The notes: generated from the letters alone by a model not told the origin. A DNA stretch of 64,000 nt from Mobula birostris (GCF_030028105.1 NC_092370.1:113722793-113786792), one strand, 5' to 3'; positions 1 through 13,884 are shown, numbered from the stretch's first letter. Program-made: numbers and translations.

Positions 1-249
1 GCTTCACACACAGGACAGCCTCTGTTGTGTTGTACTGTAACTGCTGAATAGGATGGTTCAGAGTAGATCCAGAAGGTAATTTCTAAAGAACAAATATCTA
101 TTCTGGCATAATCTGAATGCCATACTCTGGCATATTCCTTCACCTCTGCCAAATTCCTTCACCTCTGCCATATGACTGCCAAATGTCAAACCACAGCACA
201 TGAACAGGCCATTTAGCACATTATGACCATAAATCTATACTGTGATTAC

Positions 250-1190
250 TGTGTCCTAAAATTTCCTTTACCCTAAGCTTTCTCTAATTGAATCTGGTTC
301 ATTAGAGTTACAGAGCACTACAGCAGAGAAACAGACCTTTGGTCCATCTAATCTGTGCCAAACTAATGCCATGCCTAGTGCCATGGACTTGCATCTGAAC
401 CATAGCCCTCTATCTCCCTCCCAGCCATGTATTTATCCAATCCATCCAAATGCTGAAAATAAACCTGCATCCATCACTTCCACTGGCAGCTCTTTCCACA
501 CACTCACCACCCTCTGAATTAAGAAGTTCCTTCATGCTTAACCCATGGCCTTTAGTTCTACACTCACCCAACCTCGGTGGAAAAAGACTGCTTGCACTTA
601 CCCTGTCTATATACCCAAACTTTTATATTTCTCTATCAAATTTCCCCTCATTCTCCTATGCTCCAGGGAATGAAGTCTTAACTTATTCAATCTTGCCCTA
701 TATCTCACGTCATCAAGTCCTGACAACAACTTTGCAAATTTTCTTTGCGCTCTTTCAATGTTATTGTTATCTTTCATGTAGTTAGGTGACCAGAACTGCA
801 CACAGTACTCCAAATGTCTTGTACAATTTCAACATAATATCCCAACGCCAACATGCCCAAAGCTCTCTTTACAGCCCTATTTATTCAAGGAATTATGAAT
901 CTCTATTCCCAGATCCCTCTGTTCTACCATGCTCTTCAGTACCCTGCTGTTCACTGTGTAAGTCCTATCCACTGTTTATCTTGCCAAAATACAACATCCT
1001 ACACTTGTTTGCAACACCCACCCAGTCCAGAATTGCCCTTTCCTTAGTGGGCTCAACTACAAGCTGCTCTAAAAAGCAATTTCATATGCATTCTACATAT
1101 TTCTTTTGGGATCTATCACCAACCTGATTTTCCCAATCCACCTGCATATTAAATTGCACGGTGATTATCATTACATTGACTATTGTAACT
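250..1190 (-). mobile_element. Decayed CR1 LINE fragments
   Basis: ORF 607..813 EYCVQFWSPNY...RLHSLEHRRMRG is CR1 RT C-terminal sequence. Confidence 0.8.
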
Positions 1191-2225
1191 TAGGGATGAC
1201 CACAGTCTAAATCCTTGCTGTATGACTCTGACTCTAAATGTGCTTGCTATTCATAGAAGAAAGATACCAATTCTGAAATGAATAGATTAAAGATGGACAC
1301 GCCTTTATCCGTTTACTCGTGGTAGCTTTCATAGCTAAGCTAAGCTAGAGATTAAAGTTTATGATTAAATTAATATGATTTCCTGTTTAGTCAGCTATGG
1401 AGACTGTTAATCAGGTATCTGTTTTTGTGCAAAGGAAGTGGCGTGCCGTGGTATGAAAAGCTAAAGTAACCGTTTGCCATTCTGCACAATAATTCAAACC
1501 TCTCAGTTGCACAAGGTATTTATGAACTCGTGCACAGATATTGTCACAACATGTAATATTTTCTTTTTCAGAATCTATCCGACTCCCCTCTCAACATTAC
1601 TATTGAATTGTTCCCATTTGATTCAAGTACTGCACTCCTCATCGAAACTCATTCTTTTAAAAACAAAGTCCTCTTCACTTGCCCTGTTTTGCCAAAAATA
1701 CAAAAACATCGATAGAAGAAATATTAGGCAATTTGACGTTTGAACATGCTCTAAAATTCATAGACCACGACTGATGTGTCTCAATTTTCTCATCTATATT
1801 GTCCAATTCCCCCAACGTCCGAAAATCAGCGAAACCCTGCCTGAATGTACAAAATAACTGAACATTCACAGCACTCGAGAATTTCAAAACTAATTATAAT
1901 ACTCTGTAAAGAAAAATTTCTCTTCCGCTTAACCCTAAAGGTCTCAAACCTTTTCTGCGATTCTAATTTGGATATAACAAAGCCGAGTCCGGCCTGAGGA
2001 CTCAACTTCGTGATTTCAGCCCTCTTAAAAAAAATCTTAGGTCTCAGTGAGATCACCTCTCCTAAACTCCAGTGTCTATTCGTCAGTCTAACCTCTGCTC
2101 GTGGAAACTCTGCTTCCTGTCCAAATTCTATGTTAAAGCCTACATTGCAACGAATTCAAACACACCCTTTCTGAATAGTGACCCAAGCTATTTAAAGTAA
2201 TAGCTCACCAACGCCAAATGTTGCT

Positions 2226-2310
2226 GGCCGGTGGTGTAGAGGCATCAGCACCGGAGATCGAGGCAAATAGTTACGGGTTTGAATCCGGCTAGCAACTCGC
2301 CGTCATAAAA
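2226..2310 (+). mobile_element. tRNA-derived SINE head
   Basis: A-box-like TGGTGTAGAGG and B-box-like GGTTTGAATCC. Confidence 0.5.
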
Positions 2311-2989
2311 AGCGAAGGAAACTGCAAAAAATGTCGCCCGATTCGCCCCCAAGGCGTGAAAAGGAAAAACAACAGGAGCCAAATATCTTAATGTTTGTTC
2401 TTTTACCAACATTTATAGCTTTGAGCATCTTTATTATATCATCTTTTGAACGAAAGCAGCATCTCTAGATTCTGCATTTTTTTTTTCACTTCATTGGTAG
2501 TGTTGCGGTAGTCCTCCGCTGCAATCTTTCTATGGCCTTGAGATTCATCATAGATTGCAGTGTCCAGACTGGAGACAATACTGTTCGTGAGGTCAAACTA
2601 GGTTGTTTTTTTTTGTAAAAGTTTATCATAATAAGCCATAATAGATGGGACCAGAATTAAGCCATTCAGACCATCGAGTTTGCTTCACTAAATAATATTT
2701 TAGCTATCGTGAGATCCGCAGCTCAGCAACTGGCTATGCACCACAACCAATCCTTACCCCAGTGTTTCTGCTCTACATGACCCTCCTCTCAGTTCTTAGT
2801 GGAACCCATTATTCTCTTCTCCCTCATATGAATGTCTTACCATCCCTTCTGAAGCATTGGGGCTAAATTCACTTACTGAATTGATTCCACAGCCCGTGGA
2901 CTCAAGAACTCTAAAACTCATACTCTCAGTATAATTTTTTTGTTTATTATTATTATTTTTTTCTTGGCTCAAGCTGGTAAAACCTGAGG

Positions 2990-4060
2990 TACGGGCATAA
3001 CCAAATACACTCACTCCTCAATTGCTAGGAACTCACAGGCTATTGTTGGATGTAACAAAACACACTGATGAAGGTAGAGCAGTGGATGCAGAGTATATGG
3101 ATTTCAGTAAGGCATTTGGTAAGGTTTCCAATGTGAGGTTCATTCAGAAAGAAAGGAGGCATGGGATCCAAGGAGACCTTGCTTTGCGGATCCAGAATTG
3201 ACAACCACAGAAGGCAAAAGGTGGTTGTGGATGGTTCGTATTCTGCATTGAGGTCGGTGACCAGTGGTATTCCGCAGAGATCTGTTTGGGGACCCCTCCT
3301 CTTTGTGAGTTTTATAAATGACCAGGATAAGGAAGTAGAAAAGTAAGTTAGTAAGTTTTCCAATGAATCAAAAGTTTGGGGGTGTTGTGGATAGTCTGGA
3401 GGGCTGTCAGCTGTTACAGAGGGACATCGATAGAATGCAGAGCTGGACTGAGGTGGCAGATGGAGTTCAATCCAGCTAAGTGTGAAGTGGTTCATTTTGG
3501 TAGGTCAAATCTGAAGACAAAATATAATAATAACAATAAGACTCCTGGCAGTGTGGAGGATCAGCGAGATCTTGGGGTCCATGTCCACAGAACACCCAAA
3601 GCTGCTGCTATGTTCTATGTTCTATTCTAGTGGCGTGCTATCGTGTAGTATCTTTAGGATGATAACAGCTGTAGATATTACTATCGGGACAATCTATACC
3701 CTGTTCATAGAACATAGTTATCTACAGCACATTACAGGCCCTTCGGCTCACAATGTTGTGCCGACCATGTAACCGACTCCAGAAACTGTCTGGTTTTTCC
3801 CTATCGCATTTTAAAAATTTTTCTATTTTTCTAAGCTCCATGTACCTGTCTAAGAGTCTCTTAAAAGACCCTAGTGCATCCGCCTCTACCACTGTCGCTG
3901 GCAGTGCATTCCACGCACCCACCACTCTCTGTGTGAAAAACTTACCTTTGACATACCCCTCGTACTTATTTCCAAGCACCTTAAAACTATGCCCCCTCGT
4001 GTTGGCCATTTCAGCCCAGGGAAAAAGCCTCTGGCTATCCACGCAACCAATGCCTCAACT
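2990..4060. mobile_element. CR1 fragments (plus-strand RT piece about 2990-3590; minus-strand 3' end about 3700-4060)
   Basis: YMDFSKAF / VTSGIPQRSVWGPLLF motifs; TRGHSFKV..FFTQRVVGAWNALP. Confidence 0.85.
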
Positions 4061-4199
4061 GACATAATAGCGCCTCTCCCCCCACCCCAGGCGATCAATG
4101 CCAGACGAGTGGGATCGTAGCCTGTGAAGACACAACAAATTCACCATGAAGCTTTAATTATCGGTATTGGTATTGGTTTCTTATTGCCAAATGTATCAA

Positions 4200-5250
4200 G
4201 ATGGTTGCTTGCATATTATTTATAAGGATCAAATCATTACACGGAGTATTGAGCTAGAATGAAGTAAATCAATATCAATGCAGAATAAAGCGTAAAAGCT
4301 ACCAAAATAGTGCAGTGCAGGAGCAAGACTATAACAAGGTAGAACCATCTTATCGTACAAGAGATCTGTTCAGGAGGCCATTAAGCAGTCCTTGAGCTGG
4401 CGGTACATGCTTTCAGGCTTGTGTATCTTCTTCCCGATAAGAGGGGTAAAAGAGGGAACATCTGGGGTGGTTGGGGTCTTTGATTATGCTAGCCGCTTTA
4501 CTGAGGCAGTAGGAAGCATTGGCAGAGTTCATATAGGGGAGGGTTTTCGTGATGTGCTGTTCAGTGCCAACAACTTTATGGTTTCTTGTGGTCACGTGCA
4601 GAGCAGCCGCCATACCAGGTCGCCATGCAACCAGACAAAGTGCTTTCTATTGTGCATCGAAAAATATGGGAAAAGCCGACGGAGACGTGCCGAATTTCTT
4701 CCGCCTTCCGAGAAAACAATGGCGTTGATGAGCTTTCTTAGCTGAGACATTAACGTGATTGGACCAGGATAGGATATTGATGATGTGCACAGTTGGGAAA
4801 TTGAAGCTCCCTATCCTCTGTTCCTCAACACAATTGATGTAGACAGGAGCATGTGCATCCCCCGCCTTTCTGAAGTCAATGACCAGTTATTTTGTTTTGC
4901 GGCTTTGAGATAGTTGTCATGATAATTTGTCACTAAACTCTCTGCCTCCTTCCTGTATTTCAACTTATCGTTATTTGAGATGAGGCCCACTGCAGAGGTG
5001 TCAACTGTAAACCTGTAGATGGAGGTAGGGCAGAATCTGGCCACACAGTCATGAGGGTGAAGTAGGGGGCTGAGGATCCAACTTTGTGGAGTGTCAGTGT
5101 TTAGACTAATCGTGGCAGATGTGTTGCTGCCTATCCTTAGTGATCATGGTCTGTTGGTCACAAAGTCAAAGATCTAGTTCCGGAGGGAAGCATTAACTCC
5201 CAGGGTCTGGTGATTGGTGATGTGTTTGCTGGGAATAAGAGTATTGAAAG
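4200..5250 (-). mobile_element. Rex1/Babar-type (CR1-group) LINE fragment
   Basis: ORF 4811..5044 IYRFTVDTSAVGLISNND..YRKE resembles the (F)ADDT-VVGLI-NND RT motif. Confidence 0.7.
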
Positions 5251-6279
5251 CAGATTTGTAGTCAGATTTCATGCAGGTTGGAGGATGGTGAATCATGTAC
5301 ATCTACTAATGCTCGCTAAACAGTGTTAGGTGTCTGGTCATTTGTAAAAAGAAACCACAGTTCAGTTCAGAGGCTGAATTTTGACCAATAAGAATCTACA
5401 TTCAATGCACATTTTCAAGGGATTTGGGGTTGTAGCATTTAACTGTCATTCATTCTTTGGGGCACTCCTCTGTTTTTGTGGATGTTTGTGAAGAAAAAGA
5501 ATTTCAGGATATATGTTATATACATTTCTCTGACATTAAATGTACCTATTGAAATGATAACACATGGTAATTCAGAAGCAGCAAATAGAAAGCTTGCTCT
5601 GCATTATGATATCTCAGCTTGGTTAACATGTTCCATAGTCTTTCAATTTTCTCTTTTAATTCAGCATATTTCTGGTGTTTTTCAATGATTGATTTTTGTA
5701 TAATATGTGTGCTTAGAATGCTATATCTATTAAGTAAGTCTTTCTTGCTTGTTTATCCTGTATTATTATTATATCCGGGTGGTTATTATGGATTGTCCTA
5801 TCTGTACTAACGGATCCGTCACAATATAATTTGTCAGTCTCTAACTCTAAAACTGGATCAAGTTTCTATTTTTAGTAAGGTATGGTTTCTTTTGCGAGAT
5901 TGTATTTTAAAACAGGGTTTTAGTAAATGATGTTTGCCACTTGATTGTTCCTGTGAAAGTAACCAGATTGAGTAAAACTGCTCAGATCATAGGGATGTCT
6001 TCTATGGATGGTCATGCTCTTCCATTGGTTAACTTTTTCTTCAGCAATGATAATTTCTTCATTTTCTGGGTTGTGCTCTCATTTAAGTTTAGTGGTGTGT
6101 ACGTACCAGAATTGCAATTCCTCGTGTGGAGTGCTGAATTCTGATTTGTTCATGAAAATTTATCCTTAAAATTTATCCTATCTGACTGTTGTGTAAATTT
6201 TTAATGTCTATTGTTTTATTATTATTATTATTATCATCATCATTTTTATTGTAGTATTTGCACGGTTTGTCTTTTGCAT

Positions 6280-6800
6280 AATTAGAGTACAGGAGGGAGA
6301 TTTAAAACTTGGCCGAGTGGTGTAATAACAACAGCCTTTCATTCATTGTCAATAAGAATAAGGAACTGATTGTAGATTTCAGGAGAGGGAAGCCAAAGGT
6401 CCTCAAGCCAGTCCTCATCGGAGGATCAGCAACTTTAAAGTACTATTACTGTTACTATTTCAGAGGACCTGTCCTGGGTCGAGCACGTAAGTGCAATTGT
6501 GAAGAAAGCATGGCAGCGCCCGTACTTCCATAGGAGTTGGCGAAGAATCGGCATGACATCTAAAACTTTGACAAACTCCTTTAGATGTGTAGTGGAGAGT
6601 GTATTGACTAGCTGCATCATGGCCTGATATGGAAAAACCTATGCTTTTGAATGAAAATCCTAGAAAAGGTAGTGGATTTGGCCTATTATATCACCGATAA
6701 AGCCTTCCCAACCATTAAGCACATCCACATGAAACGCTGTCATAGGAAAGCAGCAACCATCATCAGAGATTGCTACCGCCCAGATCATGCTCTTTTAGAA
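6280..6800 (+). mobile_element. Rex1/Babar-type LINE 3' fragment
   Basis: WCNNNSLSFIVNKNKELIVDFRR motif. Confidence 0.75.
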
Positions 6801-9430
6801 ACCATAGAAACCATAGAAAAACTACAGCACAGAAACAGGCCTTTTGGCCCTTCTTGGCTGTGCTGAACCATTTTCTGCCTAGTCCCACTGACCTGCACAT
6901 GGACCATATCTCTCCATACACCTCCCATCCATGTATCTGTCCAATTTATTCAAATATGTTAAAAAAGAACCCGCATTTACCACCTCGTCTGGCAGCTCAT
7001 TCCATACTCCCACCACTCTCTGTGAAGAAGCCCCCTCCTAATGTTCCCTTTAAACTTTTCCCCCCTCACCCTTAACTCTGGTTTTTTTCTCCCCTTGCCT
7101 CAGTGGAAAAAGCCTGCTTGCATTCACTCTATCTATACCCATCATAATTTTATAAACCTCTATCAAATCTCCCCTCATTCTTCTACGCTCCAGGGAATAA
7201 AGTCCTAACCTATTCAACCTTTCTCTGTAACTGAGTTTCTCAAGTCCCAGCAACATCCTTGTAAACCTTCTCTGCACTCTTTCAACCTTATTAACATCCT
7301 TCCTGTAATTTGGTGACCAAAATTGAACACAATACTCCAGATTCGGCCTCACCAATGCCTTATACAACCTCATCATAACATTCCGGCTCTTATACTCAAT
7401 ACTTTGATTAATAAAGGCCAATGTACCAAAGGCTCTCTTTACAACCCTATCTACCTGTGACGCCACTTTTAGGGAATTTTGTATCTGTATTCCCAGATCC
7501 CTCTGTTCTACTGCACTCCTCAGTGCCTTACCATTAACCCTGTATGTTCTACCTTGGTTTGTCCTTCCAACGTGCAATACCTCATACTTGTCAGTATTAA
7601 ACTCCATCTGCCATTTTTCAGCCCATTTTTCCAGCTGGTCCAAGTCCCTCTGCAGGCTCCGAAAACCTTCTTCACTGTCTACTACACCTCCAATCTTTGT
7701 ATCATCAGCAAATTTTCTGATCCAATTTACCACATTATCATCCAGATCATTGATATAGATGACAAATAACAATGGACCCAGCACTGATCCCTGTGGCACA
7801 CCACTAGTCACAGGCCTCCACTCGGAGAAGCAATTCTCTACTACCACTCTTTGGCTTCTACCATTGAGCCAATGTCTAATCCAATTTACCACCTCTCCAT
7901 GTATACCTAGTGACTGAATTTTCCTAACTAACCTCCCATGCGGGACCTTGTCAAAGGCCTTACTGAAGTCCATGTAGACAACATCCACTGCCTTCCCTTC
8001 ATCCACTTTCCTGGTAACCTCGTCAAAAAACTCCAAGAGATTGGTCAAACATGACCTACCACGCACAAGCCATGTTGACTCTCCCTAATAAGTCCCTGTC
8101 TATCCAAATGCTTGTAGATTCTGTCTCTTAGTACTCCCTCCAATTACTTACCTACTACCGATGTTAAACTTACCGGCCTATAATTTCCCGGATTACTTTT
8201 CGATCCTTTTTTTAAACAATGGAACAACATGAGCCACTCTCCAATCCTCTGGCACCTCACCTGTAGACAGCGACATTTTAAATATTTCTGCCAGGGCCCC
8301 TGCAATTTCAACACTAGTCTCCTTCAAGGTCCGGCGGAACACCCTGTCAGGTCCTGGGGATTTATCCACTTTAATTTTCCTCAAGACAGCAAGCACCTCC
8401 TCCTTTTCAATCCGTATAGTTTCCATGATCTCACTCCTTGTTCCCCTTAACTCCATAGACTTCATGCCAGTTTCCTTAGTAAATACAGATGCAAAAAACC
8501 TATTTAAGATCTCCCCCATTTCCTTTGGTTCCACACATAGCCGACCGCTCTGATCTTCAAGAGGACCAATTTTATCCCTTACAATCCTTTTGCTCTTAAT
8601 ATACCTGTAAAAGCTCTTTGGATTATCCTTCACTTTGACTGCCAAGGCAACTTCATGTCTTCTTTCAGCCCTCCTGATTTCTTTCTTAAGTATTTTCTTG
8701 CACTTCTTATACTCCTCAAGCACCTTATTTACTCTCTGTTTCCTATACATGTCATACAACTCCCTCTTCTTCTTTATCAGAGTTGCAATATCCCTTGAGA
8801 ACCAAGGTTCCTTATTCCTATTCACTTTGCCTTTAATCCTGACAGGAACATACAAACTCTGCACTCTCAAAATTTCTCCTTTGAAGGCTTCCCACCTACC
8901 GATCACACCTTTGCCAGAGAACAACCTGTCCCAATTCACGCTTTTTAGATCCTTTCTCATTTCTTCAAATTTGGCCTTCTTCCAGTTCAGAACCTCGACC
9001 CTAGGACCAGATCCATCCTTGTCCATGATCAAGTTGAAACTAATGGTGTTACGATCACTGGAACCAAAGTGCTCCACTACACAGACTTCCGTCACTTGTC
9101 CTAACTCGTTTCCTAACAGGAGATCCAATATTGCATCCCCTCTAGTTGGCCCCTCTATATATTGATTTAGAAAACTTTCCTGAACACATTTTACAAACTC
9201 TAAACCATCTAGACCCCTAACAGTATGGGAGTCCCAATCAATATATGGAAAATTAAAATTCCCTACCACCACAACTTTATGTTTCCTGCAGTTGCCTGCT
9301 ATCTCTCTGCAGATTTGCTCTTCCAATTCTTGTTGACTATTGGGTGTCTGTAATACAATCTCACTAATGTGGCCATACCTTTCCTGTTTCTCAGCTCCAC
9401 CTATAAGAACTCAGTAGACAAGCCCTCTAA
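6800..9430 (-). mobile_element. 5'-truncated, relatively young CR1 LINE (ORF2 broken by a frameshift/stop near 8070-8200)
   Basis: ORF 8193..9326 (EN C-terminus/linker) and ORF 7050..8066 (RT, FADDT); ccatagaaa tandem tail at about 6800. Confidence 0.95.
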
Positions 9431-12400
9431 TCTGTCCTGCCTGAGTACTGCTGTAATATTTTCCGTAACAAGCAAAGCGCACTGTTACCATCAGGTAGAA
9501 GGTACAAGGGCCTCAGGACTAGCACTGCCAGGTTCAAAAGAAGTTACTACCCCTCAACTATCAGTCTCGTGAACAAATGGGGATAACTTCACTCAACTTC
9601 CCTTGCCCGAGTCATCGAAATTTTCCCACAACTATTTCAACAGAACTCCACTCACTTGCCTATCCATTGAGATGTTCCCACAACCAATAATCTCACTTTC
9701 AAGACTCTTTATCTCATTATCTCATGTTTTCGTTATTTATTGCTATTTATTTATATTTACATTTGCACAGTTTGTTGTCTTCTGCACTCTGGTTTACAAT
9801 ATTCACTAAGCTTAGATTTCAGTTCTTTGTAATTTTTAACACGAGTGAATTTCGATAGAAAAATGAACCCAACGCTCTTAGTCTCAGAGTCGTACAAACG
9901 GCATTACACTTCAAGCCCCAACTCGTCTCCCACACTCTCTACTTCACACATGCCGCCAGACCCGCTGTCTTCGGTGACCAGTAAATATTCCCCCTCCGAA
10001 ATTCCTACCGGGGCGCTGAGATCTCGCGTACTCTGCGAACGCAACTCGTGTTCTCTGTATCCTGGGGATTCCAGTTTCTGAAACAGTTTTAAACCATCGT
10101 TGGAGAAAGAAAACAGAGTCAGTCTTTTTAGATCATTTCTGATATCTGTGAACTTTAAATCCCTTTATGTTTTTTTTCAAGTATAATCTGTCTAATACAA
10201 ACGATGTCGATTTATTGGCATACCCTATTACACATCCTATTGTAATTTTTAAAAATAAAAAAAATCAGAATGTTGGAAACTTTCAACGAATCATGCAAAA
10301 TCAGTGGAAAGAGAAATAGCACAGCAAATCAGAGACACTTCATCCTCCTAGACGTTATCTCTGTTCCACTCTCCACTGGCGCTGTTTGGCCAGATGTTTC
10401 CCTCATTTTCTGTTTTTAAAAAATTATATCAGGTTCCTCCAGCATTTGTATTTGTTCATTAGGTTCATTTACAGTAATCTTATTTTTAAAATTAAATCAC
10501 AAACGCACACAGTAAGATGAAATATTACATTTATATGAGAGAAGGGCAGCCAGCTATAGCGATAAACAATAAATCAATCTTCAAAGCGTTCAAATACTAT
10601 TTTAATAGATATTATAAGCAGAATCAAACTCAAATTTATCTAATTAGTTGAACTTCAGTGAACCTCAATTTATGAACGTGAACATTGGAATAAAGTTAAA
10701 CGCCGAATATCTTTTAAAGTAGAACCTTGCTGCAAATCTACTGCGTTTTATTTCCAGAACTTGTGTCTGCTTTTATTGAAAGCCACCGTCCTTTAACTAA
10801 GATAAACTTCCCAGCTATCTCCGAACTGGTCGATTTATTTAAATATTTAAGAAGTATGAAGGTCTGTTCAGAAATGAACATTAACATAATGTAAATTAGA
10901 AGTGTCTTGTCGAGAAAAGGACTAATGTCATAAAAGATCTGGAGTAACGTTGTAAAATGTTAGTCAGAATATAAATTGTGAAATGTAGTAAACACACAGG
11001 AGAACAGATTTCATCATGAAACGATGCGAATCCCGTCAGTACTAGGTTATCAGATGGAACCATGTGAACCCCGTCGATGCTACTGTATCAATGCGAATTC
11101 CTCTGCCGCGCGATGATTTTCACGCTCTAATTTTGTTTAAACTTATTGCAATAGAGAAAAGTCATCTTGTGCCACGGGCTCTCTTTTCACTAGAGAATGA
11201 GCGCAAGTCGCAGAAAAGAGAAATCCAGCAGAGGCCGGAATATTCTGTGTTGACAATAAGGCTGACCCCGGTACTGAAGTGATGTCAAGTCCGGCACAAT
11301 CAAGTCACTTGAAGCCAGATAAACCGGTGTTAGAATGTAATGCTAATACTCGCAGATTAACTCATATTCTTTCAAATTTGTTAGATACACTTCTCTTTGA
11401 ATATGAAGCTGTTGTCGTCACAACTAATAAAAAACAATTACAGAGACAAAATTAATTTCTGTATTAAATCCCAATTCTGTCCATTGCTCAGAAAACTCAC
11501 TGATAGGCGCATACCCATTTCGAGTTTGGACAGTTTTCATTATTAACCTTGTTATTTTCTCCACAGATGCCACCCGCCCTGCTGAATGTTTGATTTTTAT
11601 TTCAGATTTCCAGTACTTAAAGCTTATTTCTGTTTTATTTTTGACTGCTGAGATTAACGCGTTGAGATCAGCAGAGCCCTTTGTCCCCTGGATGTTGCAG
11701 TGAGTTTGTTTGTAAATATTGCGATAATCACTTTTTGGAGAGATGGTGCTGAGTGTTCTAAATAGTAATTGTAGATTAAGCTAGTTTTTTTTTCCAGGCA
11801 GCATCGATGGAGAGGAATAAACAGCCGACGTTTGAGTCGAAATCCTTCATCAGGATCAGTTGTTCCCACAGAAGCTGCCAGGCCTGCTGAGTTCCTCTAG
11901 CATTTTGTGTGCATCACACCTCACTTTGAATCATGTTTCATCTATGAAATGCAGTTAAAGTAGAATGTGTGTATGTGTGTTGGGCTAATGTCAGGTTGGG
12001 TGAAGCTTAATGTAAATTATTTTAAATAGACGATCACGATTCTAAATGGGTGGCTTCAGAGTTTTATTAGTACTTTTATTAGTTTTATTAGTACTTTATT
12101 CTATGTCAGCAGCCAACACATTAGGCCAGATAAATGTATTGGAGCGCAGTCAGCGCTAGTTTGGAAATCTGAAGCTGAATTGAGGTGAATAGTCCTAGTA
12201 CCTTTGATAAGCATCAGACTTTGATCTTTGTCTCTCGCCTCGATAGGCTAGGTCCGGGTATCCAAATAAATGATACGCACGTGGCTGTCTTTCCAGGCAT
12301 ACTAAAAAAAAGTTGGAATTTTACACGTGTGTGTGTGTGTGGGGGAGGGGATGTATTTTAAACGAGTTGTCTGAAGCGGTTCAGAGAAGTTTTACTTTAT

Positions 12401-12445
12401 CGGCTGGATTTTGGCAGAGAGGAGACGATTGAAACACATAAGACT

Positions 12446-12490
12446 GGTGGTGGTGGTGGTGGTGGTGGGGGGAGGGGGGGGAGGTGGTGA
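12446..12490 (+). repeat. (GGT)n plus poly-G tract
   Basis: ggtggtggtggtggtggtggtgggggggagggggggg. Confidence 0.85.
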
Positions 12491-13253
12491 CCGAGTGGAT
12501 GTGAGGAGGTTGGCTCCTGCTTCTGGAACTAGAACCCGGATCTCCCTTTTAAAATAGAGAATCGTCTATGAAAACGGGAGCGGTGTTCTGCATTTCTCTC
12601 AGAGGGCCGTAGAAGCGGAGCTCTGAAAATTTTAAAGACAGGGCTGCCTGGGTTCTTAATGAGCAAGGGAGCGAAAGGTTACCGTAGGTATATGGAAGAC
12701 AGAATCAGGATGTCTTAACCCTGCTCCAAGTGTGTATATACCGAGGGAAAGCTGCATTGTCAAGGGTACATTCTTGTATTTATAACTTAAGCCGAGGACC
12801 TCTATTTAAAGAGATGTGTCCAGGGTAAATCGCTCCGTCGAACATCGCCAACTGCTGACTGATACTCTGTTGAGCCGAAGTGGTTCCCTATTCCACGGGC
12901 TGGAGTTAACATAATAAGAAGCGGGGTGTAGTGTAAGTTTAGGGGCGCTCTGCTCCTATCCCGAATTTTGTTGGGTTCATCCGAATCATGCTCAAGATAC
13001 GCGTTTAAAACCGGTCTTGAACGCTAATAGCTTTCTCGTTTCCTTGGCCTTGTCACCTTCGACGCCTTATACGGGGCTTATTTTATTTCGCTTTTCAAGT
13101 TCTGATGAAGGGATTTCGACCTGAATATATTTCTCTATTCAGATGCTGTCTGACCTGGTGGGTGTTTTCAGTATTTTCTGCATGTTTCGTCAATAAAAAC
13201 GAAACCAATCACGAGTAAAGCATTGAAAGTCCAAAATAAATCTTACTGACTAG

Positions 13254-13259
13254 TTTATT
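13254..13259 (-). terminator. Probable poly(A) signal AATAAA of TRGC
   Basis: Plus-strand tttatt about 310 nt after the stop codon, followed on the minus strand by U-rich sequence. Confidence 0.6.
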
Positions 13260-13567
13260 GTCTGATTTACACAATGATAAATGCAAAATAACATGACAAT
13301 ATAAAAGCCGGCAAACTAATAGCAAACATTCAGCATTAAAAATCGCTTGAAGAACAACCCTAACCATTTTCCCACAAGAGGAAAACATGCTGCTGTTTCT
13401 AGCTATTTTGCACTGTAGTCACCCGGAAACTTGCCCCATCTCTCGCCCAAAAGCCATGTGGCTTGCAACAGGATGTAAAAATTCTTGGTATACCTCGAAG
13501 AAATCAGAGGGAAAGCTTACACTGAAATGGAAGACATTATCAAACTATACATTGTTCGTAATGCGAG

Positions 13568-13701
13568 TTACGTTGACTTCTTCGTACCGCGGTAGTCCAT
13601 CTTGTAAACGACGAACGAAATGATGCAGCAGTATAACACGCTCTTCGTCAGTAGAGCGGTATATGTCACGATCGCGACCCGCAGTGAAGTGGAAGATGTT
13701 T
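13568..13701 (-). CDS. TRGC: TCR gamma constant region exon 3 (transmembrane + cytoplasmic tail)
   Basis: Acceptor tttag| at 13702, phase 1. Reads (E)TSSTSLRVAIVTYTALLTKSVLYCCIISFVVYKMDYRGTKKST*, stop TAA at 13570-13568. TYxxLLxKSxxY with a single TM Lys is the TRGC-type TM motif. Not in the ORF track, which shows another frame. Confidence 0.95.
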
Positions 13702-13884
13702 CTAAATGAAAATTTTAAAGATGCAAAAGTTATTAGCTTCTCGTTAATGTTTCTATGTAACGACAAATATATTGGGCGTTGTAAAAGCCATGGCGCGGAT
13801 AGCTGCCCCTTGGAAAATAGCAGCGGCTAAAGTTGTGTCCAGTAATGTCAACTACCCATGATCTGAAACCCTGTTTGACGTCTC

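Noticed and set aside
1560-1745. Acceptor-like site and short ORF as a possible exon of a flanking gene (STARD3NL flanks TRG in mammals)
   Set aside because: No frame resembles STARD3NL or any protein I recognise.
2226-2310. tRNA gene (also 17130-17222 and 26355-26430)
   Set aside because: A/B boxes are present but there is no complete cloverleaf, and SINE bodies or tails follow.
13545-13766. ORF ending ...LPRYEEVNVTRITNNV, resembling a signalling tail or an alternative-frame product
   Set aside because: It is the shadow frame of the TM exon and has no ATG. The matching frame is closed by stops in exon 1 and at the start of exon 2.
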